NCBI GenBank assembly: GCA_963739835.1
Contig: CAVUBW010000024.1
Span: forward strand, 386,840 to 450,839
DNA: 64,000 bases
Direction of reading: 5' to 3'
Source of the DNA: an uncultured Acidimicrobiales bacterium
Lineage (GTDB): Bacteria > Actinomycetota > Acidimicrobiia > Acidimicrobiales > VFJN01
Part shown: positions 10,063-25,631 of the stretch, piece after piece
Layout of the letters: the number at the start of each line of letters is the position of its first letter
How positions within the stretch are numbered: the first letter of the stretch is position 1
Translations under genes and position numbers: made by a program
Notes under the pieces: model-generated
What the model was told of the DNA's origin: nothing
The model's database searches: none
What the model saw: only the letters and a program-made list of their open reading frames with translations

Positions 10063-11283
10063 CTACAGCGCCAGCGCCAGGTCCTGGACGGCGACCATCG
10101 GCAGGCCCCAGCGCAGGGCGAAGCGCTCGAGGTCGGCCTCCCCGGCCATCGTCCCGTCGGGATTCATGACCTCGCAGACGGCCGCGACCGGCGGCAGACC
10201 CGCGCCGCGGCACAGCGCCACGCCGGCCTCGGTGTGACCCCGGCGCTCGGCCAGCCCGCCGGGCCTGGCCCGCAGCGGGAACACGTGGCCCGGTCGCAGG
10301 AAGTCCTCCGGTCGCGCCTCCGGGTGGGCCAGGCGGCGGACCGTCGCCGCCCGGTCGGCCGCCGACACGCCGGTGGCCGTGCCCTCGGCCAGGTCGACCG
10401 ACACGTGGAAGGCCGTGCCCTGGCGGTCGCCCTCGCCGGGCATCGGGGGGATCTCCAGGCGGTCGAGGATCTCGCCGGCGCACGGGATCGTCGTGTGGCC
10501 GCAGGCCTGGGTGAGCAGGAACGCGAACGCCGCCGGCCGGAGCGTCGCGCCGGCGAAGACCACGTCGCCCTCGCCCTCCAGGTCCGGGTCCCAGACCACC
10601 ACGCCGCCGCCCGCGGCGATCTGGGCGACCGCCTTGTCGGCGGCCACCCGTCCCTCCAGCCGGCCCGCCCACGGCAGCGCGCCAACCACCTTGGCCAGGG
10701 CCGCCGTGGGGGACTCGGGCCAGCGGCGGGCCACGAGGCCGACCACGTCGGTCTCCAGGTTGACCCGGTCGCCCTCCTCGACGGCCGCCAGCGTCGTGCC
10801 GGCCAGGGTCGTCGGGACCAGGGCCACCGAGAACCGGTCCCGGACGACCTCGGCGACGGTCAGGCTCACGCCGTCGACCGCCACCGAGCCCTTGGCCACC
10901 AGGCCGTCGAGGAACCGGCGGGGCGGCCGGATCCACAGCCGGCGGCCGGGGCCCTCCGCGTTGCGGCCGACCACCTTGCCGACGGCGTCGACGTGGCCCT
11001 GGACCAGGTGCCCGTCGAGCGGGTCGCCGGCGCACAGCGGCGGCTCGAGGTTGACCGGCGTGCCCGGCGCCCACTCGTCTGCCACCGACCGGTGCCGGGT
11101 CTCGGCCATCACGTCGGCCCGGAAGCCCTCGGGGGTGACGTCGGTGGCGCTCAGGCACACGCCCGACACGCACACGGAGCCACCGGGCTCCAGCCCGGCG
11201 GCGGTCTTCGGCGCGGCCACGACCACGCCCTCGGCGTCGAGGTCGACGACGTAGCCGACCTCACGGATCCGTCCCGTGAACAC
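10063..11283 (-). CDS. ribE-ribB: riboflavin synthase alpha chain fused to 3,4-dihydroxy-2-butanone-4-phosphate synthase (single 406-aa ORF)
   Basis: RBS ggagga then GTG 11283: VFTGRIREVGYV...GDPLDGHLVQGHVDAVG...GVSLTVAEV...DRVNLETD (RibE). No stop follows, then ...GEGDVVFAG...TAFHVSVD...TGVSAADRA...RPGHVFPL...RRGHTEAGVAL (RibB). The region has no frame breaks. Confidence 0.8.
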   Translation of the reverse strand: MFTGRIREVGYVVDLDAEGVVVAAPKTAAGLEPGGSVCVSGVCLSATDVTPEGFRADVMAETRHRSVADEWAPGTPVNLEPPLCAGDPLDGHLVQGHVDAVGKVVGRNAEGPGRRLWIRPPRRFLDGLVAKGSVAVDGVSLTVAEVVRDRFSVALVPTTLAGTTLAAVEEGDRVNLETDVVGLVARRWPESPTAALAKVVGALPWAGRLEGRVAADKAVAQIAAGGGVVVWDPDLEGEGDVVFAGATLRPAAFAFLLTQACGHTTIPCAGEILDRLEIPPMPGEGDRQGTAFHVSVDLAEGTATGVSAADRAATVRRLAHPEARPEDFLRPGHVFPLRARPGGLAERRGHTEAGVALCRGAGLPPVAAVCEVMNPDGTMAGEADLERFALRWGLPMVAVQDLALAL

Positions 11284-11351
11284 GATGCATCCTCCACGAT
11301 CGCCGGCGCCCCGCGGGCGGCCGGCACGACGAAGGCGAGAAGAGCGGGTGC

Positions 11352-11478
11352 CGTCCTCGGCGGAGCGGGGTGTACCGCATGGCCCCGGAGTTCCACCGGG
11401 TCGTCCCGCCGGGGGGCGGGACCGGCGGGCTGTGACCGCCGCACCTGGGAGTTGCGCCTCGCCCCGTAGGGTAGCCGA
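11352..11478 (-). promoter_or_regulatory. FMN riboswitch (RFN element) in the leader of ribE-ribB
   Basis: Minus strand: ...cggggcgaggcgcaactcccaggtgcggcggtcacagcccgcc...gacccggtggaactccggggccatgcggtacaccccgc... Resembles the two conserved RFN halves (GGGGYG..AA.TCCC..CGGCGGT.A.AGCCCGC and GA.CYGGTG.AA.TCCGG.GCC..CGGT). Boundaries approximate. Confidence 0.65.
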
Positions 11479-11540
11479 CACCCGACGGGTTTTCGGTCCC
11501 CGGCGGCGATGTCACACCTCGCCGGTACAGTCGGTCAGCG

Positions 11541-13598
<2,058 letters not shown>

Positions 13599-14120
13599 TT
13601 GCTACGAGCTTCGGCGCGGGCCGAAGCGTCGCCGCCGTACGGTGCGCGGGTGGGAACAGAGCCGACCTCCGTCAACCCCGCGTCCGCCGTCGTGGCCGCG
13701 GTCGACCGCGTCCTGGCCCTGGCGGCCACCTGGCCGGCGTGGGACGGCCGGCCCCGGCTGGCCAGCGACGGCGAGCGGACCTACACGCCGCACAAGGCGG
13801 TCCGGCGCACGGCCGACCACCTGGTCGACCACCTGGCCGAGGTGGAGGCGGTGCTGGCCGGGGTCCCGTCCGAGCCCGATCGCTGGCACGCCAGCGCGGT
13901 GACGCTGGACGCCGACATGGCGCCGTTCACGCCTGTCGACCTGGACGAGGCCGTCCAGCGGCTGCGGCGTCTGGCCCGCACGTTCGAGCTGCGCTACGCC
14001 GCGGCCGGCCCGCCGGCGTGGGACGCGCCCCGGCCCGGCTGGACGCTGCGCCAGATTGCCGAGCACCTGGCCGACCCCTGGTACGCCGAGCAGGTCGGGG
14101 ACCTGTCCGCACCGTCCTGA
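13599..14120 (+). CDS. hypothetical protein, possibly DinB-like four-helix bundle
   Basis: Clean ORF. ...[28 protein letters not shown]...[18 protein letters not shown] (His-rich helices). Start uncertain (GTG near 13650 possible). Confidence 0.45.
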   Translation: MLRASARAEASPPYGARVGTEPTSVNPASAVVAAVDRVLALAATWPAWDGRPRLASDGERTYTPHKAVRRTADHLVDHLAEVEAVLAGVPSEPDRWHASAVTLDADMAPFTPVDLDEAVQRLRRLARTFELRYAAAGPPAWDAPRPGWTLRQIAEHLADPWYAEQVGDLSAPS

Positions 14121-14121
14121 G

Positions 14122-14137
14122 GCGAACATGCGTTCGC
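14122..14137. promoter_or_regulatory. LexA SOS box upstream of uvrA
   Basis: gCGAACatgcGTTCGc matches the actinobacterial SOS-box palindrome TCGAAC-N4-GTTCGA. It lies 20-32 nt upstream of the candidate uvrA starts. Confidence 0.65.
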
Positions 14138-14156
14138 GAGGTGCGCGCCGACGATA

Positions 14157-17065
<2,909 letters not shown>

Positions 17066-17074
17066 ACACGCCGG

Positions 17075-17503
17075 TCAGCCCGGCGGCTCCCAGCCGGGCG
17101 GCGCGAGCTCGAACCCGTCGAAGGTGAACGCCGGCGACACCGTGCACCCGGCCAGCGTCCAGTCGCCGGCGGGCTCGGCCGACTGCCACGCGCCCGGTGG
17201 CACGAGGGCCTGCGGCCGCTCGCCGGCGGCGACGTCGGGCCCGAGCCGGACGGTGGCGGCGGGCGCGTCGCCGGCCTGAACCCGCAGGCGCAGCGGCGCG
17301 CCCGTGTAGTGGTGCCAGATTTCGGCGGCGTCGACCCGGTGCCAGTGGGAGCGCTGCCCGGCGGCCAGCAGGTAGTAGATCGCGGTCCCGGCCGGCCGCT
17401 CGCCGGGGGGCGCGTCCGCCCGCCAGGTCTCCGCATACCACCCGCCCTCGGGGTGGGGCCGGAGGCCGAGGCGCTCGATCAGCTCGGTCACGGTGGCGTC
17501 CAC
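17075..17503 (-). CDS. cupin-fold protein (DUF985-like)
   Basis: Clean 142-aa ORF: ...[16 protein letters not shown]...[28 protein letters not shown]... Confidence 0.75.
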   Translation of the reverse strand: MDATVTELIERLGLRPHPEGGWYAETWRADAPPGERPAGTAIYYLLAAGQRSHWHRVDAAEIWHHYTGAPLRLRVQAGDAPAATVRLGPDVAAGERPQALVPPGAWQSAEPAGDWTLAGCTVSPAFTFDGFELAPPGWEPPG

Positions 17504-17569
17504 CGCCCGAGTCTCGCGGACCCGCGCCCGCGCTCTCGCTCCGGCGGGCGGCCGCTAGCGTCGGGCGGC

Positions 17570-18277
17570 GTGCCGCCCGTCCGTGCACCCGCCACGCCGC
17601 CGGGCGCGCCCCGGCCCGCGTGGGCCGGACGACCGGTCGTGCTGGCCGTGGCCGCGGCGGTCGTCCTGGTGATCGGGTTGGTGGCGGTCGCCCTGCTCGG
17701 CGGCGGCGACGGTGGTGGCGGCGGCGCCGACGGCGTGTCCGCCATCGGCGGCGCGGTCGGGCGGGTGGCCCGGGACACGACCACCGCGCCCGCCCAGGGC
17801 GGCGTGGTCACCATCCCGCCGAGCACCGAGGCGCCGCCCGACAGCGGCTCCCCGTCGCCCCGCACCGACCTGCCGCCGGTCGACACATCGGTCGACGCGT
17901 CGCCACCGACGACCCGGCCGGGCACACCGTCCAACGCGGTGCCCGGGCCGGACGGCGACCTCCCGCTGTTCGGCCAGATCGTCGTCGACCTCGACCAGGG
18001 TGGCTACCACGATTTCGCCGTCACCCTGCGCGAGGACCAGTCGCTCCAGCTGCTGTCGCTCGCCGACGACGGGGTCGAGACCCACATCGAGGTGTTCGCC
18101 CCGGACGGCAGCAGCGAAGGCACCTGGGACGGCGGCGAGCCCGGCGTCGTCAACGGGCTCGAGTGGTACCCCGACACCGACGACTCGCTCCCGGCCACCG
18201 GCACGTACGTGATCCGCGTCATCCACACCGGCGGCAGCGACGACCCGTTCGTGCTCGGGTTCTTCGGCACGACCTGA
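17570..18277 (+). CDS. membrane-anchored secreted hypothetical protein (Pro/Gly-rich linker, C-terminal beta-rich domain)
   Basis: GTG 17570. Single [25 protein letters not shown], then a low-complexity linker, then ...[35 protein letters not shown]...[23 protein letters not shown]. The longer track ORF from 17309 would overlap the cupin gene. Confidence 0.55.
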   Translation: MPPVRAPATPPGAPRPAWAGRPVVLAVAAAVVLVIGLVAVALLGGGDGGGGGADGVSAIGGAVGRVARDTTTAPAQGGVVTIPPSTEAPPDSGSPSPRTDLPPVDTSVDASPPTTRPGTPSNAVPGPDGDLPLFGQIVVDLDQGGYHDFAVTLREDQSLQLLSLADDGVETHIEVFAPDGSSEGTWDGGEPGVVNGLEWYPDTDDSLPATGTYVIRVIHTGGSDDPFVLGFFGTT

Positions 18278-18360
18278 GCGCGGGAGGGTCGACCGTGGAC
18301 TTCCGCCGCGCCGGCGGGGTACCAACAGGGCACACGATCGTCGCCCAAGGAGGCCGGTGC

Positions 18361-19101
18361 ATGCTCGGACTACCCCCTGAGGTGCGGGCCTGCCTGTTCG
18401 ACCTCGACGGCGTGCTGACCCGCACGGCCAGCGTGCACGCCGCCGCCTGGAAGCAGATGTTCGACGAGTACCTCACCGACCGAGCGGCCAGGACGGGCGA
18501 GCCGTTCCGGCCGTTCGAGCCGACCGACTACGACCGCTACGTCGACGGCCGGCCCCGGCTCGACGGCACCCGCGGGTTCCTCCGGTCCCGCGGTATCGAG
18601 CTGCCCGAGGGCGAGCCGTCTGATCCGCCGGGCGCAGAGACCATCCAGGGGCTGAGCACCCGGAAGAACAACCTCGTGCTGGCTCTCCTGGCGACCGAGG
18701 TCGAGGTGTTCGAGGGCTCGGTGGGCTATGTGCGGGCCGTGCGGGACGCAGGACTGGCGACCGCGGTCGTGTCGTCGAGCGCCAACACCCACACCGTGCT
18801 GGCCGTCGCCGGGATCGAGGACCTGTTCGACACGGTGGTCGACGGCAACGTCGCCCAGGAGCAGCACCTGGCCGGCAAGCCGGCGCCGGACACGTTCCGA
18901 CATGCGGCCGAGGTGCTGGGCGCGACGCCCGCGAGCGCCGCCGTGTTCGAGGACGCCATCGCCGGCGTCGAGAGCGGGCGGGCCGGTGGCTTCGCCCTGG
19001 TGGTCGGCGTCGACCGCGTCGGCCAGGCCGACGAGCTGCTGGCGCACGGGGCCGACGTGGTGGTGCAGGACCTCGCCGAATTGCTGGAGGAGGATTCGTG
19101 A
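18361..19101 (+). CDS. pgmB: beta-phosphoglucomutase-family HAD hydrolase
   Basis: [38 protein letters not shown]...[12 protein letters not shown]...GKPAPDTF...[17 protein letters not shown]. Stop overlaps the start of the GH65 gene. Confidence 0.8.
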   Translation: MLGLPPEVRACLFDLDGVLTRTASVHAAAWKQMFDEYLTDRAARTGEPFRPFEPTDYDRYVDGRPRLDGTRGFLRSRGIELPEGEPSDPPGAETIQGLSTRKNNLVLALLATEVEVFEGSVGYVRAVRDAGLATAVVSSSANTHTVLAVAGIEDLFDTVVDGNVAQEQHLAGKPAPDTFRHAAEVLGATPASAAVFEDAIAGVESGRAGGFALVVGVDRVGQADELLAHGADVVVQDLAELLEEDS

Positions 19102-21470
19102 GCGACCCGATTGCCCCGACGCCCCGCCGGGTGTTCTCGGTCGAGCCGTGGACGGTGACCGAGAACGAGCTGAACCTCGACGCGCTGGGCCGCACCGAGT
19201 CGGTGTTCGCCTTGTCGAACGGCCATATCGGCCTGCGGGCCAACCTCGACGAGGGCGACCCCCACGGCCTGCCCGGGACCTACCTGAACTCGTTCTACGA
19301 GCTGCGGCCGCTGCCGTACGTCGAGCGGGGCTACGGCTACCCGGAGTCGGGCCAGACGATCATCAACGTCACCAACGGCAAGCTCATCCGGCTGCTGGTC
19401 GACGACGAGCCGTTCGACGTCCGCTACGGCACGCTGACGTCCCACGTCCGCCGCCTCGACATGCGGACGGGGACCCTGCGCCGGGAGGTCGAGTGGACGT
19501 CGCCGGCCGGCGACTCGGTCCGCATCCGGACCACGCGGTTGGTGTCGCTCTCCCAGCGTGCGGTCGCGGCGATCTGCTACGAGATCGCCCCGGTCGACGA
19601 CTCGCTGCGGATCGTCCTCCAGTCCGAGCTTGTGGCAAACGAGGAGCTGCCCGATCTCGGCCGCGACCCCCGCACGGCCGCGATGCTGGAACGCCCGCTG
19701 GTGGCCGAGGAGCACACGGTGTCGGACACGAAGGCGGTGATGCTGCACCGCACCCGCCAGAGCGGGCTGCGCATCGCGGCCGGCATGCGTCACGTCATCG
19801 ACGGCCCGGAGAACACGCACCTGGACATCTGGGGCTCGGACGACGTGTGCCGCCTCACGCTCGCCACCCGGCTGCGGCCGGGCGAGCGGCTGCGGATGGT
19901 CAAGTTCCTGGCCTACGGCTGGTCGAGCCAGCGGACCCGGCCCGCTTTGCACGACCAGGTGGTGGCGGCGCTGGCGCAGGCCTACCTGACCGGCTGGGAG
20001 GGGCTTCTGGCCGAGCAGCGGGCCTACCTGGACATGTTCTGGCGGCACGGCGACGTCGAGCTTGAGGGCGACGCCGAGGTGCAGCAGGCGGTGCGGTTCG
20101 CCATGTTCCACATCCTCCAGGCGGCCGCCCGGGCCGAGCAGCGGCCGATCCCGAGCAAGGGCCTCACCGGCCCCGGTTACGACGGGCACACGTTCTGGGA
20201 CACGGAGACGTTCGTGCTGCCGGTCCTCACCTACACCAACGCCGACTCGGCCGCCTCGGTGCTCACATGGCGCAAGCTCACGCTGGACATCGCCGCCGAG
20301 CGCGCCCGCGAGCTCAACCTGGAGGGCGCCGCGTTCCCGTGGCGCACGATCCGGGGCCGGGAGTCGTCCGGCTACTGGCCCGCGAGCACGGCCGCGTTCC
20401 ACATCAACGCCGACATCGCCGACGCCGCGGTCCGCTACCTCGACGCGACGGGCGACGAACGGTGGGAGCACGACGTGGGGGTCGACCTGCTGGTCCAGAC
20501 GGCGCGGCTGTGGCGGAGCCTGGGCCACCACGACGGCGCCGGCCGGTTCCGCATCGACGGCGTGACCGGGCCGGACGAGTACAGCTGCCTGGCCGACAAC
20601 AACGTGTACACGAACCTCATGGCCGAGCAGAACCTGCGGATGGCCGCGGTCGTCGCCGCGCGCAACCCGGACCGGGCGACCGATCTCGGGGTGACGACCG
20701 AGGAGGCGGCCGCGTGGCGGGACGCCGCCGAGGCGATGGTCGTGCCCTATGACGAGAAGCTGGGGGTGCACCCGCAGAGCGAGAGCTTCACCGACCACGC
20801 CGTGTGGGACTTCGCCGGCACCCCGCCCGACCAGTACCCCCTGCTGCTGCACTACTCGTACTTCGACCTGTACCGGAAGCAGGTGGTGAAGCAGGCCGAC
20901 CTGGTGCTGGCGCTGCACCGGCGGGGCGACGCCTTCAGCTTCGACGAGAAGGACCGCGACTTCCGCTACTACGAGGCCCTCACGGTGCGGGACTCGTCGC
21001 TGTCCGCCGGCACCCAGTCCGTGGTGGCGGCCGAGCTGGGCTACCTGGAGCTGGCGCACGACTACCTGGCCGAGGCCGCGCTCATGGACATCGAGGACCG
21101 GGCGCACAACACGCGCGACGGGCTCCACCTGGCGTCCCTCGCCGGCGCCTGGACCGCGCTCGTCGAGGGCCTGGGCGGGATGAGGGCCCGGGACGGCCGG
21201 CTCTCGTTCGGGCCCCGCCTGCCGGCGGGGATCAGCCGGCTCACGTTCCGGGTCTGCTACCGGGGTAGCTGCATCCACGTCGTCACCGACGGCGACACCG
21301 CGACGTACCGGGTCCAGGAGGGCCCGCCGATGACGATCACCCACCACGGCGAGCCGGTCCAGGTGGGGGAGACGCCGGTCGAGCTGGCGATCGAGCATCT
21401 GCCGACCCGGCCCCGGCCGCACCAGCCCCCGGGTCGGGAGCCGGAGCGGCGGGGCCAGACGGTCGAGTAG
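19098..21470 (+). CDS. glycoside hydrolase family 65 disaccharide phosphorylase (trehalose/maltose/kojibiose type)
   Basis: Clean 790-aa ORF: ...[20 protein letters not shown]...[18 protein letters not shown]...NINADIADA...[12 protein letters not shown]...[17 protein letters not shown]. Coupled to a beta-PGM gene, as is usual for GH65 phosphorylases. Confidence 0.85.
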   Translation: MSDPIAPTPRRVFSVEPWTVTENELNLDALGRTESVFALSNGHIGLRANLDEGDPHGLPGTYLNSFYELRPLPYVERGYGYPESGQTIINVTNGKLIRLLVDDEPFDVRYGTLTSHVRRLDMRTGTLRREVEWTSPAGDSVRIRTTRLVSLSQRAVAAICYEIAPVDDSLRIVLQSELVANEELPDLGRDPRTAAMLERPLVAEEHTVSDTKAVMLHRTRQSGLRIAAGMRHVIDGPENTHLDIWGSDDVCRLTLATRLRPGERLRMVKFLAYGWSSQRTRPALHDQVVAALAQAYLTGWEGLLAEQRAYLDMFWRHGDVELEGDAEVQQAVRFAMFHILQAAARAEQRPIPSKGLTGPGYDGHTFWDTETFVLPVLTYTNADSAASVLTWRKLTLDIAAERARELNLEGAAFPWRTIRGRESSGYWPASTAAFHINADIADAAVRYLDATGDERWEHDVGVDLLVQTARLWRSLGHHDGAGRFRIDGVTGPDEYSCLADNNVYTNLMAEQNLRMAAVVAARNPDRATDLGVTTEEAAAWRDAAEAMVVPYDEKLGVHPQSESFTDHAVWDFAGTPPDQYPLLLHYSYFDLYRKQVVKQADLVLALHRRGDAFSFDEKDRDFRYYEALTVRDSSLSAGTQSVVAAELGYLELAHDYLAEAALMDIEDRAHNTRDGLHLASLAGAWTALVEGLGGMRARDGRLSFGPRLPAGISRLTFRVCYRGSCIHVVTDGDTATYRVQEGPPMTITHHGEPVQVGETPVELAIEHLPTRPRPHQPPGREPERRGQTVE

Positions 21471-21473
21471 GCG

Positions 21474-22600
21474 TCAGGTGATGTCGAGCATCCGCTGGAG
21501 GGCGACGCGTGCCCACTCGGCGGTCTCGGCGTCGACGGTGATCTGGTTCACGACCTCGCCGCGCGACCAGCTCGTCGAGCACCCAGGCCAGGTGGGGCTC
21601 GTCGATGCGGAACATCGTCGAGCACGGGCAGATCAGCGGGTCGAGCGACACGACGGTCTTGTCGGGGTGCTCGGCGGCCAGGCGCTGGACCAGGTGGATC
21701 TCGGTGCCGACGCCGATGGCGGCGCCGGCGGGCGCGTCGTCCACGCGCCCGATGATGGCGTCGGTCGAGCCGACCTGGTCGGCGAGCTCGCACGACCTCG
21801 TGCGCGCACTCGGGGTGCACGATCACGATGCCGTCGGGGTGCTCGGCCCGGAAGGCGGCGACGTGCTCGGGCCGGAACCGCTGGTGCACCGAGCAGTGGC
21901 CCTTCCACAGGAGGAACGTCGCCTCCTTGACGTCGCGCCTCGTCGAGGCCGCCGAGCTCGCGGCGCGGGTTCCACACCCGCATGTGCGTCCAGCGGCGTA
22001 GCCCATGGCCACGCCGGTGTTGCGGCCGAGGTGCTGGTCGGGGAAGAAGAGCACCTGGTCACCGACGCCGGCGTCCCGCTGCGGCCCCCGCCGAGCGCCC
22101 ACTCGAGCACGGCCCGGGCGTTGGACGAGGTGCACACGGCGCCGCCGTGGCGCGCCGACGAACGCCTTGAGGGCGGCGGACGAGTTCATGTAGGTGATCG
22201 GCACGACCCGGTCGATGTCGGTGACGTCGGCGAGGGCGTCCCACGCCTCCTCGACCTCGTCGATGTCGGCCATGTCGGCCATCGAGCACCCGGCGTTGAG
22301 GTCGGGGAGGATGACGCGGCTGGTGGTCGCCGGTGAGGATGTCGGCCGACTCGGCCATGAAGTGCACGCCGCAGAACACGATGAACTCGGCCTGCGGGCC
22401 GCTGCTGGGCGAGCACGGACAGCCGGAACGAGTCGCCGCGGGCGTCGGCCCAGCGGATGACCTCGTCGCGCTGGTAGTGGTGGCCGAGGATGAAGAGGCG
22501 GTCACCGAGCGCGGCCTTGGCCGCAGCGATCCGCCGGGCCGAGCTCGTCCGGGGACGCGACGGTGTACCGCTCGGCGAGCGGGCTCTGGAGCCGCAGCAT
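21474..22600 (-). CDS. nadA: quinolinate synthase, many +1 extra bases
   Basis: RBS ggagga then ATG 22600: MLRLQSPLAERYTVASPDEL...LFILGHHYQRDEVIRWAD...FCGVHFMAESADIL...NAGCSMADMADIDEVE...ITYMNSSAALKAF...WKGHCSVHQRF...VHPECAHEV...STMFRID. Confidence 0.88.
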
Positions 22601-22628
22601 GTTGGGGATCCTCCAAAGTGCGATGGCT

Positions 22629-22690
22629 CCGGTTGCGGCCGGTGGGGACAGCCTGGTCGCCCCCCACGGGGATGTCGGCCCCGGAACCGA
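22629..22690 (-). promoter_or_regulatory. candidate NAD+ class I (nadA-motif-like) riboswitch domain in the nadA leader
   Basis: Minus strand: UCGGUU-ccgg-GGCCG-ACAUCCCC-GUGGGG-(14 nt loop)-CCCCAC-CGGCC-gc-AACCGG. Two coaxial helices are separated by a one-sided ACANCCCC bulge, 15 nt upstream of the RBS. GGGGAUGUCG at 22767-22758 can pair with the bulge instead. Confidence 0.45.
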
Positions 22691-22817
22691 TATGCCGCCG
22701 GAATACCAGGCCGGCTTGGCGGAGAGTCTACGGGGTGAACGGCAGCTGACCTCCAGGCGACATCCCCGGCCGGGTCCCTGGCCATGGCGGACAATCGGCG
22801 CGGTGACCTCGACCAGG

Positions 22818-22867
22818 AGTTCTACGCGGAAACGGTCGCTATAGCGACCACTTCCGGGACAAACGTC
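22818..22867 (-). repeat. hairpin element copy B (perfect 16-bp palindrome GGTCGCTATAGCGACC), inverted relative to copy A
   Basis: The reverse complement acgtttgtcccggaagtggtcgctatagcgaccgtttccgcgtagaac aligns with copy A. The middle helix differs in sequence but still pairs (cggaa/ttccg versus cgccga/tcggcg). Confidence 0.6.
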
Positions 22868-22913
22868 GAGGCCGCCCGGCCCGGGGCGGTCGGGTCGCGC
22901 CGGCGCCATTAGC

Positions 22914-24841
22914 GTGCAGAGCGTGGTGCAGCGACCGCCGGCCGGCACGATCCCCGACGCTCCCGGCTCCTACCAGTTCAAGGACGCGCGAGGGCCGCGT
23001 CATCTACGTCGGCAAGGCCAAGCGCCTGCGCCAGCGGCTGTCGAACTACTTCCAGGACCCGCCGAGCGCTGCAGCCCCGCACCGCCCAGATGGTGGCCAC
23101 CGCCGAGACCGTCGAGTGGATCCAGGTCCGCAACGAGGTCGAGGCGCTCATGCTCGAGTACAGCCTCATCAAGCAGCACCGGCCCCGCTTCAACATCCGC
23201 CTGCAGGACGACAAGTCGCTACCCGTTCCTCGCCGTCACCCTCGACGAGGAGTGGCCCCGGGCCATGGTGATGCGGGGCCGCAAGCGCAAGGGCGTCCGC
23301 TACTTCGGGCCCTACGCCCACGCCTACGCCATCCGCGAGACGCTCGACCTGCTGCTGCGCACCTTCCCGATCCGCACCTGCACCGACAACAAGTTCGACC
23401 GGCACGAGCGGCTCGGGCGGCCGTGCCTGCTGTTCCACATCGAGAAGTGCTCCGGCCCCTGCGTCGGCGAGATCGACCGCGGAGAGCTACGACCGGCTCG
23501 TCGCCGAGCTGCTCGACTTCCTCGACGGCGACACCGACGCCGATCGTCGACCGGCTCGAGGCAGCAGATGACGGGCCGCGGCCGACGACGCTCGAGTTCG
23601 AGCGGGCCGCCCGGCTCCGCGACCAGCTGACGACGGTGCGCAAGGCCATCGAGCGCCAGCAGATGGTGGCCGAGCGCAACGAGGACCTCGACGTCATCGG
23701 CATCGCCGAGGACGAGCTCGAGGCGGCGGTGCAGGTGTTCTTCGTGCGCCGGGGCCGGGTCGTCGGCCGCAAGGGCTTCGTCGTCGACAAGGTCGAGGAC
23801 GTCGGCCCCGGCGAGCTCGTCGGCCGCATCCTCGAGGAGCTCTACGGCGACGAGCCGCCGCTCGGCATGCCCCGCAGCAGGTGCTCGTGCCGACCGAGCC
23901 CGACGACCTCGAGCTCTACGAGGAGTTGCTCGGCCTAGCTGCGGGGCTCGCCGGGTGCGACGTCCGGGTGCCGCAGCGGGGCGACAAGCGCGAGCTCGCA
24001 GGACACGGTCACCCGCAACGCCGCCGAGGAGTTCACCCGCCACCGGCTGCGCCGGGCCGCCGACCACAACGCCCGGGCCCAGGCCCTCAACGCGCTGCAG
24101 GAGGCGCTCGACCTGCCCGAGGCCCCGCTGCGCATCGAGTGCTACGACATGAGCCACCTCCAGGGCACCGACTACGTCGGGTCGATGGTGGTGATGGAGG
24201 ACGGCCTCCCCAAGCAAGTCCGACTACCGCCGCTTCAAGGTCCGGACGCGTCGACGGCAACGACGACTTCGCCGCCATGGAGGAGGTGCTCACCCGCCGG
24301 CTCACGCGCCTACCTCGACGAGCGCGACGCAGCCGGTGGGCGAGCGCGCCGGCAAGTTCGCCTACCCGCCGCAGCTGCTGCTGGTCGACGGCGGCAAGGG
24401 CCAGCTCAGCGTGGCGGTGCGGGTGCTCGAGGAGCTCGGGCCTCGACGAGGAGATCCCGGTGGCGTCGCTGGCCAAGCGGTTCGAGGAGGTGTACGTGCC
24501 CGGCCGGTCCGACCCGGTGCGCGATCCCGCGCGAGTCCGAGGCGCTGTACCTGCTGCAGCGGATCCGCGACGAGGCGCACCGCTTCGCCATCACCTACCA
24601 CCGCGAGCTGCGGGGCAAGCGGATGACGACGTCGGTGCTCGACGACATCCCGGGCCTCGGCCCGACCCGCCGCAAGCGCCTCATCAAGGAGCTGGGCGGC
24701 GTCAACGCCGTGAAGCAGGCGTCCCGCGACGACCTGCGGGCGCTGTCGTGGCTGCCCGACGCCGTGGCCGACGCCGTGTACGACAAGCTCCACGCCGTCC
24801 CGCTGGCCCGCCGGCCCGGCGCGCGGGGGAGCCGGCGGTGA
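22914..24841 (+). CDS. uvrC: excinuclease ABC subunit C, many +1 extra bases
   Basis: ...[29 protein letters not shown]...[34 protein letters not shown]...[27 protein letters not shown]...[14 protein letters not shown]...[13 protein letters not shown]...[35 protein letters not shown]. Confidence 0.9.
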
Positions 24842-25607
24842 GCGAGCCCGGCCGACGGCGAGCCGGCGCGAGCCGGCCGCTCGACCACGCGGCCGTGTGG
24901 GAGCGCCACGCGGCCTGGTGGCAGGCCGAGTTCACCGACGGCGCCGACCCCGAGTACGACGGAGCAGATCCTGCCGCTCGCCGCCGCGCCACCTGGCCGG
25001 AGCGGCCGCGGGTGCTCGACGTCGGCTGCGGCGAGGGCCAGGTCGCCCGGCTGCTCGTCGGCGAGGGCGCCAGGCGGGTCGTCGGGGTCGACCCGCTCGG
25101 TCGCCCAGATCGCCGAGGCGGCCCGTCTGGGCGGCGGCGCCGGCCTACGTGCGGGCGTCGGCGACAGCCCTGCCGCTGCCGCTCGGCCGGCTTCGACGCG
25201 GTCGTGGCCTGCCTCGTCTTCGAGCACATCCCCGACCTCGACGGGGCGCTCGACGAGGTCGCCCGGGTGCTGCGCCCGGGCGGCCGCTTCGTCTGTTCTT
25301 CCTGAACCACCCGCTGCTCCAGACGCCCGGGCAGCGGCTGGATCGACGACCAGATCCTCGACCCGCCCGAGCAGTACTGGCGCATCGGGCCCTACCTCCC
25401 CGAGGCGCACACGGTCGAGGAGGTCGAGCCGGCGTGTTCATGCCGTTCTTCCACCGCCCGCTCAGCCGCTACGTCAACGCCCTGGCCGACCGCGGCCTGT
25501 ACCTGACCCGCATGGTCGAGCCCGCGCCCCCGCCCGGGTTCCTGGCCGCGGCACCCGAGTACGCCGGGGCGGCGACGATCCCGCGGCTCCTGCTGCTGCG
25601 GGCCTGA
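24838..25607 (+). CDS. class I SAM-dependent methyltransferase, several +1 extra bases
   Basis: GTG overlaps the uvrC stop (GTGA). [87 protein letters not shown]. Confidence 0.7.
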
Positions 25608-25631
25608 GCGCCACTGAGACTGGACGAGGCG

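Noticed and set aside
10063-11481. 472-aa track ORF with a 66-codon N-terminal extension upstream of VFTGRIREVG
   Set aside because: The extension overlaps the RFN riboswitch and has poor codon bias. A ggagga RBS precedes the GTG at 11283.
17309-18277. Start of the membrane-anchored protein at 17309
   Set aside because: That start would overlap the convergent cupin gene by ~195 nt, and the first 87 codons are low-complexity. GTG 17570 just before the TM helix is preferred.
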